64,000 bases of DNA, from NCBI GenBank assembly GCA_944389515.1, contig CALXMQ010000002.1:3233-67232 (forward strand), read 5' to 3'. Positions 53,468-63,930 of this stretch are shown here, piece after piece. The stretch comes from an uncultured Alphaproteobacteria bacterium (GTDB lineage: Bacteria > Pseudomonadota > Alphaproteobacteria > Rs-D84). Numbering within the stretch: the stretch's first letter is position 1; the number at the start of each line of letters is the position of its first letter. Below the pieces are notes generated by a model. That model did no database searches, was not told where the DNA came from, and worked only from the letters and a program-made list of their open reading frames with translations. A program made the position numbers and the translations under genes.

Positions 53468-55858
53468 TTATAATTTGGCGCGAACTTCTTCGACTTCATA
53501 ACATTCGACACGGTCGCCTTCTTTCAAATCATTATATTTATCAAAAGACATACCGAATTCAACCCCAGCGCCAGATACTTCGCGTACTTCGTTCTTTTCA
53601 CGACGCAATTCACCGATTTTACCGTCGTAAATTACAACGTTGTTACGCAACAGTCGAACCAGCGCATCTTTTTTTATCACACCTTCGGATACACGACATC
53701 CGGCAACACGTATACCCTTGCCCACAGTAAACAATGCGATAACATCGGCGTATCCAATAAAGTTTTCTTTGCGTTCAGGCGCCAACTTGCCGGCCAAAAT
53801 TTCTTTGATTTCATCAGTAATACGATACACAACACTGTGATAACGTATATCTACACCGGCACCACGCGCCATATCACGAACCATTGCATCCGCACGTACA
53901 TTAAATGCAATTATAACCGCCCCAGATGCCGCCGCCAAACGAACGTCGCCTTCGGTAATTTGACCGACACCAGACGATAATATATCCACAGATGCTTTAT
54001 CTGTTTGGATATCTTTTAACATGTCGGTAATCGCCTCTACACTGCCCTGAACATCGGCACGCAAGACAATCGGTAATACCAATTTTTTATTTTCATCGCG
54101 TTTGGCGAACAATTCTTGCAATGATGTGCGTTTAACCGCATTGGCACGATCTTTGGATTTTTGGGCACGATATGCGGCAACTTCGCGTGTTTGTGCCTCG
54201 GTTTCCATAACGTGTAATTCGTCACCAGCACTGGGGACGGTTTGCAAACCCAATACAACAACTGGTTGACCAGGTTTAACAGATTTAACCCGTTCGCCGG
54301 ACGAATTTATCAAACCACGTACACGACCATATGTTTCACCAACAACAAACACATCACCAATTTTCAATGTTCCTTGGCGCATTAAAACAGTTGCCGTTGC
54401 ACCCAATCCGCGTTCCATTTTCGCTTCTACCACATATGCAACCGCAGGCATATCTGGGTCGGCCTGTAAATCCATGATACCGGCCTGTAACAAAATGGCG
54501 TCTTCTAATTTTTCCAGTCCAATATGCTTGGTTGCGGAAATTTCAACACACTGAATGTCCCCACCCATGTCTTCGACCTGGACTTCTTGTTGTAACAAAT
54601 CTGTTTTTACACGCATTGGATCTGCGTCTGGCAAATCAATTTTGTTGATTGCGACAATAAATGGTACGTGTGCCGCACGAATATGATTTATCGCCTCGAT
54701 TGTTTGGGGCATGATTGAATCATTTGCAGCGACAACCAACACAACGATATCCGCCAGTTGCGCACCACGTGCACGCATTGCAGTAAATGTTTCGTGACCC
54801 GGGGTATCCAAAAAGGTTATCATTGCACCAGATTTTGTTTTAACCTCGTACGCAGAAATATGCTGGGTTATGCCACCGGCTTCACGTGCGGCAACATTTG
54901 CATGACGAAACGCGTCCAGCAAAGATGTTTTTCCATGGTCAACGTGTCCCACAACGGTAACAACCGGCGGACGTGGTTGCATATGTTCTGGGTTTGGTGC
55001 ACGTTCCAGTTGATCTGCATACGGTTTTACATCAACACGTTTAACCTTGGCCCCGAATTCACCAGCAATCAATTCAGCAGTATCTGCATCGATTGTTTGA
55101 TTCTGGGATGCCATCATACCCATTTCCATCAATTTTTTTATAACATTGCCGACCTTTTCCGCCATGGCGGCCGCCAAATCTTTGACCGTTATGGTATCGC
55201 CCAATGTAACAACATGTTCAACCTTTTGTGGGGCGGTAAATATTGCACGCGCTTTTTCACGGAAACGTTTCAAAGACGCTTCGGATCGACGACGGTTTGC
55301 ACCACGCAGCCCAATTTCATCATCATCGTCGTCTTCACCGCCGATTACAATATCATGCAAAGATATTTTCCCGGTTTTCTTGAATTCTTTTTTACCGCCA
55401 TTAAATTTAGATGGACGTGGCATTTCCATATCGTCATCATCGCGATTTGCATGTGAACGCGATACAGATTGTGTATTTTTTTTCTGGTTTACTGGCGCCA
55501 CAGCCGCTTGGACATCTGGTGTATCATCAACCACAGATTCACGAGCCGCCAACTGTTCTTTGACCTGTTCATATTCGCGGTTTTCACGTGCAATTTCTGC
55601 TTCACGTGCGGCACGTTGTGCGGCTTCTTCGGCGGCACGTTTTTTACGTTCTTCTTCACGGGCACGTGCCGCTTCGAGTACAGCACGCAATTTATCATCC
55701 GCAGCATTATGTGACGGTGTCGGTGTAACCGGTTCTTCACGTAATTCCTTGCTGCCGGGGGCAACAACACGACGACGGCGTTCAACGAACACCGCGTCGC
55801 CTTTTTTACTTGCCACCTGATCGATGGTTACAGATTTTCCAAGTGTCAATGTCGCCAT
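53468..55858 (-). CDS. infB: Translation initiation factor IF-2
   Basis: [25 protein letters not shown] and NKID motifs. Charged low-complexity N-terminal region. 796 aa. Confidence 0.95.
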   Translation of the reverse strand: MATLTLGKSVTIDQVASKKGDAVFVERRRRVVAPGSKELREEPVTPTPSHNAADDKLRAVLEAARAREEERKKRAAEEAAQRAAREAEIARENREYEQVKEQLAARESVVDDTPDVQAAVAPVNQKKNTQSVSRSHANRDDDDMEMPRPSKFNGGKKEFKKTGKISLHDIVIGGEDDDDDEIGLRGANRRRSEASLKRFREKARAIFTAPQKVEHVVTLGDTITVKDLAAAMAEKVGNVIKKLMEMGMMASQNQTIDADTAELIAGEFGAKVKRVDVKPYADQLERAPNPEHMQPRPPVVTVVGHVDHGKTSLLDAFRHANVAAREAGGITQHISAYEVKTKSGAMITFLDTPGHETFTAMRARGAQLADIVVLVVAANDSIMPQTIEAINHIRAAHVPFIVAINKIDLPDADPMRVKTDLLQQEVQVEDMGGDIQCVEISATKHIGLEKLEDAILLQAGIMDLQADPDMPAVAYVVEAKMERGLGATATVLMRQGTLKIGDVFVVGETYGRVRGLINSSGERVKSVKPGQPVVVLGLQTVPSAGDELHVMETEAQTREVAAYRAQKSKDRANAVKRTSLQELFAKRDENKKLVLPIVLRADVQGSVEAITDMLKDIQTDKASVDILSSGVGQITEGDVRLAAASGAVIIAFNVRADAMVRDMARGAGVDIRYHSVVYRITDEIKEILAGKLAPERKENFIGYADVIALFTVGKGIRVAGCRVSEGVIKKDALVRLLRNNVVIYDGKIGELRREKNEVREVSGAGVEFGMSFDKYNDLKEGDRVECYEVEEVRAKL

Positions 55859-55878
55859 AAATTATGCTCCGTTACTGT

Positions 55879-57417
55879 TTATTCTTCGCCTTGGGTTATG
55901 CCATATGCCAATTCACGCGCCTTCATGATAACACGACCAGCCAGACGCGGACTCATTGTATCTTCGCCCAAGATTTCAATCAATTCATCTGTGGACAAAT
56001 CTGCCAAATCAGATAATGATTTTATTCCTGCATTACCCAACTGCATTATAACCGGGCGTTTGATAAAATCAAAGTTTAACAAATCGTCCGACATACCTAA
56101 ATTATGTCCATCTTGTTTATATTGTTCTTGTTGTTTTTGCAAATATGATTTCGCACGATTTTGTAATTCTGTTGCCAATTCAGCATTGAATCCCTGGATT
56201 GTTTCCAATTCGCTGATGTCAACAAATGCGATTTCTTCGATTGTGCGGAAACCTTCGGTAACCAATAAATGTGCCAACATTTCATCCACATCCAATGCAG
56301 ATATGAATAATTCTGTTTTTTCTTTGACTTCTTTGGCACGACGTTCTTGTTCTTCGGTTTCGTTCATAACATCGATATTCCATCCAGTCAACTGTGATGC
56401 CAAACGAACATTTTGACCACGACGGCCGATTGCCAAAGACTGTTGATCTTCGTTCACAACAACTGCGGCACTGCGTGTATCTTCGTCAACGATGATTTTA
56501 GCAACTTTGGCTGGTTGCATTGCGTTGACAATAAACACCGCTGGATCTTCGGAATATAAAATAACGTCAATTTTTTCACCGTGGCATTCGTTGATAACAG
56601 GTTGAATACGTGTACCTTTGATACCAACGGTCATACCAACCGCGTCAATGGACGGATCTTGGGTTTCCACAGCAATTTTTGCATGACTGCCGGGGGCACG
56701 TGCCACAGATTTAATTTTAATAACGCCTTCGTAAATTTCAGGAACTTCTTGGACGAACAGTTTTTCCATAAACATCGGATGTGTACGTGTCAAGAATATC
56801 TGGGGGCCAGTATTTGAACGTGCAACATCCATAATCAATGCACGAACACGGTCACCAACCGCCAAACGTTCACCTGGAATCAGTTCTGTGCCCTTGATAT
56901 AACCTTCGGCTTTGCCATTGATATCAACAAACACATTGCCAAATTCAATACGTTTAACAACACCACTGACGATGTCTCCAATGTTATCTTTGAATTCTTC
57001 GTATTGACGGCCTTTTTCAGCATCGCGCACGCGCGCAGTCATAATTTGACGTGCCGTTTGAAATGCCATACGACCAAATTCTGGTTCTGGTAATGCATCT
57101 GCAACAATGTCGCCAACCTGGGGATTGGGGGCATATTTTTTTGCCGCATCCACCGTCAACATTGTGTTTGCATCGTATTCATCGCCCTTGGCCGCTGGCG
57201 ATTCAATAACTTCGAACAAACGCTTTACGTGAATTGCCCCATTTTTACGGTCGATTTCTGCCGTAATATTAAATTCTTCGCCATATTTATGTTTGGCGAT
57301 TTTGGCGATTGCAGCCTCTAATGATTCAATAACAATTTCACGGTCGATTTGCTTTTCTTGGGCCAAAGAATCAATCGCCAACAGCAAATCTTGACGGGGC
57401 ATAGAAACAAAAGACAT
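55879..57417 (-). CDS. nusA: Transcription termination/antitermination factor NusA
   Basis: S1 and KH domains (GDIVSGVVKR.., AIGRRGQNVRLASQLTG) and C-terminal HhH acidic repeats. AAGGAG SD. Directly upstream of infB. Confidence 0.95.
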   Translation of the reverse strand: MSFVSMPRQDLLLAIDSLAQEKQIDREIVIESLEAAIAKIAKHKYGEEFNITAEIDRKNGAIHVKRLFEVIESPAAKGDEYDANTMLTVDAAKKYAPNPQVGDIVADALPEPEFGRMAFQTARQIMTARVRDAEKGRQYEEFKDNIGDIVSGVVKRIEFGNVFVDINGKAEGYIKGTELIPGERLAVGDRVRALIMDVARSNTGPQIFLTRTHPMFMEKLFVQEVPEIYEGVIKIKSVARAPGSHAKIAVETQDPSIDAVGMTVGIKGTRIQPVINECHGEKIDVILYSEDPAVFIVNAMQPAKVAKIIVDEDTRSAAVVVNEDQQSLAIGRRGQNVRLASQLTGWNIDVMNETEEQERRAKEVKEKTELFISALDVDEMLAHLLVTEGFRTIEEIAFVDISELETIQGFNAELATELQNRAKSYLQKQQEQYKQDGHNLGMSDDLLNFDFIKRPVIMQLGNAGIKSLSDLADLSTDELIEILGEDTMSPRLAGRVIMKARELAYGITQGEE

Positions 57418-57468
57418 TTGTTATCTCCTTATAATTATTGTTTTATGTCTCTTTCTTGTTTTTATTCA

Positions 57469-57496
57469 AAGGGCGGGGTCTTGCAACCCCGCCCTT
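57469..57496. promoter_or_regulatory. Strong isolated hairpin in the nusA / lptG-like divergent intergenic region
   Basis: 10-bp stem AAGGGCGGGG / CCCCGCCCTT with an 8-nt loop, 52 nt upstream of the nusA ATG. No clear U-tract on either strand. Confidence 0.35.
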
Positions 57497-57637
57497 AAAA
57501 AAATCTTTTAAGAACGTATGTATTATTCAATCCGAATCGAATAAATGCAAGGAAAATCTGAAAAAATCATATTTTTTGCATATACAGAATATAAATATAA
57601 TTTGACGGTTTCGCTTTTGGGCTTTATACTGCGAAAT

Positions 57638-58696
57638 ATGAAAATACTGAACAGATATTTCACGCGTCAACTGGTCGCGATTTTTATAATGCTGTTACTG
57701 GTACTGACAGGACTGGCGTGGATGTTACAAATTATGTCCATGATGAAGTTTCTGTTAAATTATGGCGTAGAATTGACCAGTTTTTTAGGTTTGACGTTAT
57801 TGATGGTGCCTTTTATCGTTTCCATCATCGTGCCGTTTGTTACATTTATCGCAATTATATTTGTATATAACAAACTGATATCTGATAATGAAATTACTGT
57901 TATGGCGGCAACAGGACTGTCGCCAAAACAAATTGCACGCCCAGCGTTGATATTGGCGGCGGTGTTGACGGTATTACATTTTGCGTTAAACATATGGATT
58001 GTGCCACGCACACAATCGCTGTTTTATTCAACACAATGGAATTTGCGATATGGGTTGGCGCATATGAAATTGCAAGAATCTGCATTTACACAATTATCTG
58101 ATGGATTGGTTGTATATGTCGATAAAGTATCGGGTCATGATTTAAGCCAGGTTATGTTATCTGACATGCGTGACGAAGATGCACCAATTACAATATTTGC
58201 AGAAAAAGGTAAATTAGTATCAACAGCACGTGGGTTGTCTATTGTTATGACAAATGGCGCATTACAGGCAAATGGCGACACATTGACCACTGGCACATTT
58301 GACAGTTTTGATATGGATTTGAACGTCGCAGACAAAGAAGGCGGTGATTCATTTAAGGTTCGTCGTGTATCTACGGGGGTATTATTACGTTCTGTGCTGG
58401 ATGCGCCAAATGAAAAGCAGCACAAAATGGTTTTGGCCGAATTATGCAGTCGATTTTTAGGACCATTGATGAATTTGATATTAGCGGCATTATGCGCAAC
58501 AATATTATTACGTTCATCACTGTTGCGCCGGCGCGCCAGTTTTGCACCAGCATTGGCGGTTGCTGGGATGGCGGTGGTAATGTCTTTGTTTATGTCTGCA
58601 TCTAATATGATTGGCAGTATAACCCAATTTCTGTTATTGACGTTGGTGATATTGTTGGCATTGGGTGGGGTATTATACGTATTGTGTAAAAAATGA
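57638..58696 (+). CDS. LptF/LptG-family LPS export permease
   Basis: ORF 57545..58696, with the start moved to MKILNRYFTRQL (typical YjgP/YjgQ N-terminus). 6 TM helices plus a periplasmic beta-jellyroll region. ATGA overlap with lptD. Confidence 0.8.
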   Translation: MKILNRYFTRQLVAIFIMLLLVLTGLAWMLQIMSMMKFLLNYGVELTSFLGLTLLMVPFIVSIIVPFVTFIAIIFVYNKLISDNEITVMAATGLSPKQIARPALILAAVLTVLHFALNIWIVPRTQSLFYSTQWNLRYGLAHMKLQESAFTQLSDGLVVYVDKVSGHDLSQVMLSDMRDEDAPITIFAEKGKLVSTARGLSIVMTNGALQANGDTLTTGTFDSFDMDLNVADKEGGDSFKVRRVSTGVLLRSVLDAPNEKQHKMVLAELCSRFLGPLMNLILAALCATILLRSSLLRRRASFAPALAVAGMAVVMSLFMSASNMIGSITQFLLLTLVILLALGGVLYVLCKK

Positions 58697-60714
58697 AAAA
58701 AATAAACCCGATTTTTTTAATTTGTTTTGCACCCGCAGTTGCAAATGCGCTGTCTGTTGATGTTGAATCACAAAAGACAATTACTGCTGATAAAATCGAA
58801 TATGATGTAAAATCTGACACTATTAAAACGTCTGGGAATACAGAAATCACAAATGCCGCAGGTCAACGGATGACACTGACGGATTCATATTTGTCACAAA
58901 ACGGCGATAATTTATCTGGTAATGATATTAAATTATGGCTGGGTGACCATGTGTATATTGAATCTGACAATATTGTCCGCGAAGGTATAACAACAACGGC
59001 ATATGATGCGATGTTTACTGCGTGTGATAATTGTGACGCGTTTGGTGACGCATGGCAAATATCAACACGCAAAATTGTCCACGATATGGACAGTCGTATG
59101 TTACGTTTTTATAATCCTGTATTATGGTCTTATAATATACCTGTATTCTGGTTACCGTTTTGGGAAATGCCTGACCCAGGTATAAAATATAAAACAGGTT
59201 TTTTAATGCCTGATTTCAGTTCAACAAACAACATGGGAACGCAAATAAACATCCCATTGTATGTGAACTTTTCAGACACACACGATTTAACATTTACAAC
59301 ATCTATTTTAACCCAAGAAAATCCACTGTTTCAATTAGAACACAGATTAAACATGGATCATTCACAATATCGTACACATGGTGCGTTCACACATAATCAA
59401 AATGGTGAAAACCGTTGGTACATATTTAATAATGATGTAATTGAATTGGGTGAATATGCACGCGCAACAATATTTTTAGAACGTGCATCTGATAAAACAT
59501 TTTTGCAAAAGTACGGATTTTATGAAGATCAACCATATTTAGATTCTGGTGCATCTGTTGAATTATTCGGGCAATCTGGATATGTTGTTGCCGACGCCCA
59601 TATATTCCAAGAATTACGCAGTGGTAATCGTTATTACGCAACACCATCTGGTAACATTTTACCAAACATACGTGCAACATATCAATCTGCGCCAATATTC
59701 AAAGAAACTTATTTAACATTTGATGCTGATATTTTAGGTATTTCTGGCGACGGCAATTCATCGCAACGTTTAATCGGTGACGCGCGCATCGTGTCACCAT
59801 GGACACTGTGGGGTGGTAACAGAATCACGGCCAGTTTATCGGCACGTTACGATGTGTATAACTTTCAAAATTCAGATATGATTGACGCATCCAGATTTTC
59901 TGGATTAAAAGACCGCTTTTTACCCAGTGGGTATGTTGAGTGGGGATTACCATTATTCCGCCCTGGTACAACATGGACACAAATTATTGAACCGCGTGCG
60001 CGTTTTACAATGATGCGCCAAACAGATGAAAATCAATTTACACTGAATAATGATTCTGCTGGAACATTTTTATCTGATGCAACGTTATTTTCTGACAATC
60101 GGTTTTCTGGATTTGATTTATGGGAAAATGGAACGTATGCCGATTATGGTGTACGATATGCCGCGTTTAATCAAAGTGGTGAAACGTTCGAATTATTTGT
60201 CGGACAAACGTATGATTTTGATAACCGTGATATCGAAGATATGAATACAGGATTTCATGATGGTGCATCTGATTACGTCGGCCGATTAGAATACGATAAT
60301 ACAAAGTGGCTGGATTTATCGACCCGTTTCCGTTTGGGGCATGATGATTTTTCTTTACAACATATTGAAACATCGGCGATTATTGGAACATCACGAAATT
60401 ATTTACGATTGGCGCACATTTGGTCCCAGCAATTTATTGATACATACAGAACTAATTCCCAGGCAGATGATATAAACGAAGTAACCGCAGGGATTGGTAT
60501 CCAGTTGACTGAACGGTGGGCGGTGCGCTTTAATGCAGTATATAACATAACCGATGAACGATTCCAACGTCACACTGGGGGGATATTTTATACCCATCCA
60601 TGTTACTATTTGTCGTTACAGTATCGTCGTGACAATGCAATCAAGAACGATTATGTCGGAACAACAACATTTCAATTCAAATTCGGGATGAGCATAAACG
60701 GCCAACGTTACTAA
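58693..60714 (+). CDS. lptD: LPS-assembly protein LptD
   Basis: Signal peptide and an OstA-like N-terminal domain (ADKIEYDVKSDTIKTSGNTEI). Large beta-barrel rich in Y/F/W/G. 673 aa, followed by a surA-like gene. Confidence 0.85.
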   Translation: MKKINPIFLICFAPAVANALSVDVESQKTITADKIEYDVKSDTIKTSGNTEITNAAGQRMTLTDSYLSQNGDNLSGNDIKLWLGDHVYIESDNIVREGITTTAYDAMFTACDNCDAFGDAWQISTRKIVHDMDSRMLRFYNPVLWSYNIPVFWLPFWEMPDPGIKYKTGFLMPDFSSTNNMGTQINIPLYVNFSDTHDLTFTTSILTQENPLFQLEHRLNMDHSQYRTHGAFTHNQNGENRWYIFNNDVIELGEYARATIFLERASDKTFLQKYGFYEDQPYLDSGASVELFGQSGYVVADAHIFQELRSGNRYYATPSGNILPNIRATYQSAPIFKETYLTFDADILGISGDGNSSQRLIGDARIVSPWTLWGGNRITASLSARYDVYNFQNSDMIDASRFSGLKDRFLPSGYVEWGLPLFRPGTTWTQIIEPRARFTMMRQTDENQFTLNNDSAGTFLSDATLFSDNRFSGFDLWENGTYADYGVRYAAFNQSGETFELFVGQTYDFDNRDIEDMNTGFHDGASDYVGRLEYDNTKWLDLSTRFRLGHDDFSLQHIETSAIIGTSRNYLRLAHIWSQQFIDTYRTNSQADDINEVTAGIGIQLTERWAVRFNAVYNITDERFQRHTGGIFYTHPCYYLSLQYRRDNAIKNDYVGTTTFQFKFGMSINGQRY

Positions 60715-60741
60715 AAAAATAATACGAAAGGAATAATCAGC

Positions 60742-61563
60742 ATGAAAAAATTGTTTGTCGCGATATTATCAACAATAATAACAATCCCAACATATGCGGC
60801 GTCTGTGGTCGCATCTGTAAACGGCACACCAATCACAGATGCTGATGTGACGGCACGTGTATCTTTGATGAACAAGCAAGGAAAATCATCAACTGATAAT
60901 CGACGCATTGCATTACAAAACATTATTGATGACAGTGTAAAGTTATCATATGCACAAAATTTTGGTGCCGTGCCAGATGATGAAACCGTAGAAACAGAAT
61001 TAAAAAAAATGAATCTGGGCGAAATGTCGGCAACAGAACGCGCAATGGCTTTATCTGCAATGCGGGCAGAAATTGCGTGGCAAATTGTTGTTGCGCGGAC
61101 AATATTGCCAACAGTGGATATTACCAGCACAGAAATTGCAAATGAACGTGCACAAATTGCACGCGACCAAGGGTTGCCTGTGGAAATGACAATTATCCGA
61201 TTGGTTGATATTCCGGCTGATGTGGCGTCAAAATTGACCAAGCCAACCAGTTGCGATGATGCAATGAAAATGGCACGTGATTTGGGCGGTGTGCCACAAA
61301 AATTTACTGCGGTGCAATATGAATTGGCGGCTGATATTCGTGAACGTGTGGTGAATTTGCCGCGTTTGACATGGTCACCAGTTGTCGACCGTTCTGTATT
61401 ATTGGTATGTGATACTAAAAAGACCGATGAATATGGAAAACTAGACGATATGATTGAACAAAATGCCATGTTCAAACAGGCAATGTTTATCGCCGATCAA
61501 CAATTAAAGCAACTGCGACGCAAAGCGGTTGTTGTTATCAATGAAGACAGATATAAATTATAA
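60742..61563 (+). CDS. surA: SurA-like periplasmic chaperone (short, PPIase domain degenerate or absent)
   Basis: Signal ..IPTYA|AS, a SurA N-terminal pattern (ASVNGTPITDADV...) and conserved lptD-surA context. 273 aa. Confidence 0.55.
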   Translation: MKKLFVAILSTIITIPTYAASVVASVNGTPITDADVTARVSLMNKQGKSSTDNRRIALQNIIDDSVKLSYAQNFGAVPDDETVETELKKMNLGEMSATERAMALSAMRAEIAWQIVVARTILPTVDITSTEIANERAQIARDQGLPVEMTIIRLVDIPADVASKLTKPTSCDDAMKMARDLGGVPQKFTAVQYELAADIRERVVNLPRLTWSPVVDRSVLLVCDTKKTDEYGKLDDMIEQNAMFKQAMFIADQQLKQLRRKAVVVINEDRYKL

Positions 61564-61566
61564 ATC

Positions 61567-62673
61567 ATGAAACCAATTTTATTTAATTTTACAGATGCAG
61601 AACTGGTCGATTTTATAGCCCATATGGGTCAGCCTAAATTTCGTGCACGACAAATTCGTGATTGGCTGGATCGTGGCGCCCCAGATTTTGATTCTATGAA
61701 AAATCTGCCGGCAGAATTACGCCATGATTTAGATGCGTGTGCGCAAACGTTGCCTGTACGTGTATTAAAAAAATTAGAATCATCTGATGGACAAACGACT
61801 AAATTCTTGCTGGAACTGGGGGATGGTGAACAAATAGAATCTGTGCTGATGCGCACCAGTTACGGCAACAGTGTATGTGTCAGTTCCCAGGCTGGATGTG
61901 CAATGGGGTGCAAATTTTGTGCCAGCACATTGTTGGGATTAAAACGTAATTTAACCGTCAATGAAATATATTCGCAAATCTTGTGCGCACAATGGGAATT
62001 ACGCAATAATCGTATGTCGCAACGGCCCATACGTCCAAATGGCGATGCAAATAATGGCGACGTATCACATATTGTTGTTATGGGCACAGGCGAACCGTTG
62101 CAAAACACCCAAAATGTTATTGGATTTATAGAACGTGCAAATTCTGATATGGGAATTGGATGGCGTAAAATAACTGTGTCAACATGTGGGATTGTGCCTG
62201 GGATTAAAGATTTAACACAATGGGGGCGGCCAATCAATTTAGCCGTATCTTTGCATGCGCCAACCGACAAATTACGCAGCAAAATCATGCCTATAAACAA
62301 CAAATATAAAATAGCAGATGTGTTGGACGCGGCATTTGAATTTTCAGAACTGCATAATCGCCAGTTGATGATTGAATATATATTGTTGGCGGTGCGTGGT
62401 GCAAATGGCGAACCAGAATTGTTAAATTGCACATCTGAATATGCAGAAAAATTATCTGATTTATTGCGTGGGAAAAATTGCATGGTGAATTTAATACCAT
62501 GGAATACTGTGGATGAACGGGAATTTGTTTCACCATCTGGTAACGCCGTTCATCGTTTCCAAGATATTTTAATCAAAAACGGCATACACACACGTATACG
62601 ACGTGAACGTGGTAATGATATCGGCAGTGCGTGTGGACAACTGCGATTAAATAATGCCAATGGCATAAAATAA
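61567..62673 (+). CDS. rlmN: 23S rRNA/tRNA (adenine-C2)-methyltransferase RlmN (radical SAM)
   Basis: GQPKFRARQI N-terminus, radical-SAM CAMGCKFC, GTGEPL and the C-terminal GSACGQL motif. Confidence 0.9.
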   Translation: MKPILFNFTDAELVDFIAHMGQPKFRARQIRDWLDRGAPDFDSMKNLPAELRHDLDACAQTLPVRVLKKLESSDGQTTKFLLELGDGEQIESVLMRTSYGNSVCVSSQAGCAMGCKFCASTLLGLKRNLTVNEIYSQILCAQWELRNNRMSQRPIRPNGDANNGDVSHIVVMGTGEPLQNTQNVIGFIERANSDMGIGWRKITVSTCGIVPGIKDLTQWGRPINLAVSLHAPTDKLRSKIMPINNKYKIADVLDAAFEFSELHNRQLMIEYILLAVRGANGEPELLNCTSEYAEKLSDLLRGKNCMVNLIPWNTVDEREFVSPSGNAVHRFQDILIKNGIHTRIRRERGNDIGSACGQLRLNNANGIK

Positions 62674-62692
62674 AACGCGCATAATGCGCGTT
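62672..62692. terminator. Bidirectional palindromic terminator between rlmN and the GT2 gene
   Basis: AAAACGCGCAT A ATGCGCGTTTT. Confidence 0.6.
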
Positions 62693-63601
62693 TTATTTTA
62701 ATTGTGGACGTGATGTTTTGATTTTTTTTCGTACCTTGCATAATGGGATACAGCCAAATAAATATACCCATATGCTACTGGTATCTGTTGTATAACGTAA
62801 TTTTAACAATGGAAAAAATCCAAACAATCGATATAAAACCAACTGATATTTTTTACACGTCATGCGTAATTCAAATGTGCACATGAATATATACACTGTA
62901 CAACGCGCAGAATGATAAAATTTTGCCTGTAATTTTCGTGTACTGCGCGTGGTCAGCATTGAATTTGGTCGATATTTATACGTATATATTGAATTTGGTA
63001 CCAACACGATGCGATTTGAATAATAAACTGTTTTTGTCATTATCAATAAATCTTCGCAATATTTCATATCTGTTGGAAATTCAAATCGATTATGATTCCA
63101 AAAATCACGCCGTATTAAATATCGCCATGAATAACCATGCATATCAACACCTGTGGCGTCTATTTTATCTTGGGGCAATATCAATACTGTTTCATGGTCA
63201 AATACGATGCTGTTACCAGGCCAGCGTTCATGTATAAAACCTGCAACTGCGACATCAGAATCTGTGCGTTTGGCTGCATCATATAAATTTTTATAAAAAT
63301 CAGTGTTTATAACATCATCTGCATCCATAAAATGAATATATTCGCCACGTGCAACCGTAATTGCCGCATTGCGTGCCCCAGATACACCACAATTTGTTTC
63401 TGCGCGAATCGCACGCAGATTAAAATTCGGGTAATCTTGTGCATATTGCGATATTTCTGTATCTGTGCCATCAGTACACCCATCCAGATACACGATTACT
63501 TCTAAATCACGCGATGGAAAAGTTTGCAATCGCACACAATCCAATGTCTGGCGAATATATTTTGCACAGTTATATGCCGGAATAATAACGGAAATTTTCA
63601 T
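62693..63601 (-). CDS. Family 2 glycosyltransferase
   Basis: ORF 62693..63865, with the start moved to MKISVIIPAYNCAKYIRQTL (classic GT2 N-terminus). Has YLDGCTDGT and FMDADD (DxD). Confidence 0.8.
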   Translation of the reverse strand: MKISVIIPAYNCAKYIRQTLDCVRLQTFPSRDLEVIVYLDGCTDGTDTEISQYAQDYPNFNLRAIRAETNCGVSGARNAAITVARGEYIHFMDADDVINTDFYKNLYDAAKRTDSDVAVAGFIHERWPGNSIVFDHETVLILPQDKIDATGVDMHGYSWRYLIRRDFWNHNRFEFPTDMKYCEDLLIMTKTVYYSNRIVLVPNSIYTYKYRPNSMLTTRSTRKLQAKFYHSARCTVYIFMCTFELRMTCKKYQLVLYRLFGFFPLLKLRYTTDTSSIWVYLFGCIPLCKVRKKIKTSRPQLK

Positions 63602-63740
63602 TTCGTATGCCCCATGTATATGATTAAACCGCCACAGAAATGGCGGTCGGGCGTTTTCAAAATCATAACACGAATGATCCTGATGCTTTTGGTAAAACCT
63701 GTTGTATAACACCAGACGCCCGACATACAACAGTCGGGCA
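63602..63740 (-). ncRNA. Structured 5' leader of the GT2 gene, with the same alternative-helix layout as the XRE leader
   Basis: Read on the minus strand: hairpin GCCCGAC-N8-GTCGGGC (63739-63718); GTCGGGCG (63724-63717) is also complementary to CGCCCGAC (63653-63646). That segment abuts or overlaps the hairpin ACCGCC-N8-GGCGGT (63647-63628). In addition, CTGTTGTAT (63733-63725) pairs with ATACAACAG (63707-63699). Confidence 0.35.
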
Positions 63741-63930
63741 TAACGATGCAAATGCATCATATGCGATAAGATTACGATGCTATTTGCACCGCGTGTTATG
63801 GGTTTTGAAAGACCCGAACTCACATCCCTGTGAATTCGTACAGAATAGTAAAATATATAAAGCAATAAATCAAATTAAAACATTACTGATATTGTGGGGA
63901 ATTATTAAATACATTGAAAAAATGCCCGGA

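Noticed and set aside
53640-55820. Long plus-strand ORFs (54758..55456 at 232 aa, 55146..55820 at 224 aa, and others) inside infB
   Set aside because: They are antisense to a confidently identified IF-2 gene. Their products are low-complexity, Cys/Phe/Ser-rich mirror translations. No SD or promoter.
57418-57637. Possible tRNA (metY-like) or rimP remnant upstream of nusA
   Set aside because: No cloverleaf or T-arm (GGTTCGA-like) sequence and no ORF. Only a single hairpin is evident, and it is reported as a finding instead.
60711-62483. Minus-strand ORFs 60711..61475 (254 aa) and 61860..62483 (207 aa)
   Set aside because: They are antisense to the surA-like gene and rlmN, which have clear family motifs and operon context.
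63602-63865. 88-aa N-terminal extension of the GT2 ORF (ORF track start 63865)
   Set aside because: The canonical GT2 N-terminus MKISVIIPAYN begins at 63601. The extension has no family resemblance and overlaps a region full of hairpins, so it is treated as a leader.
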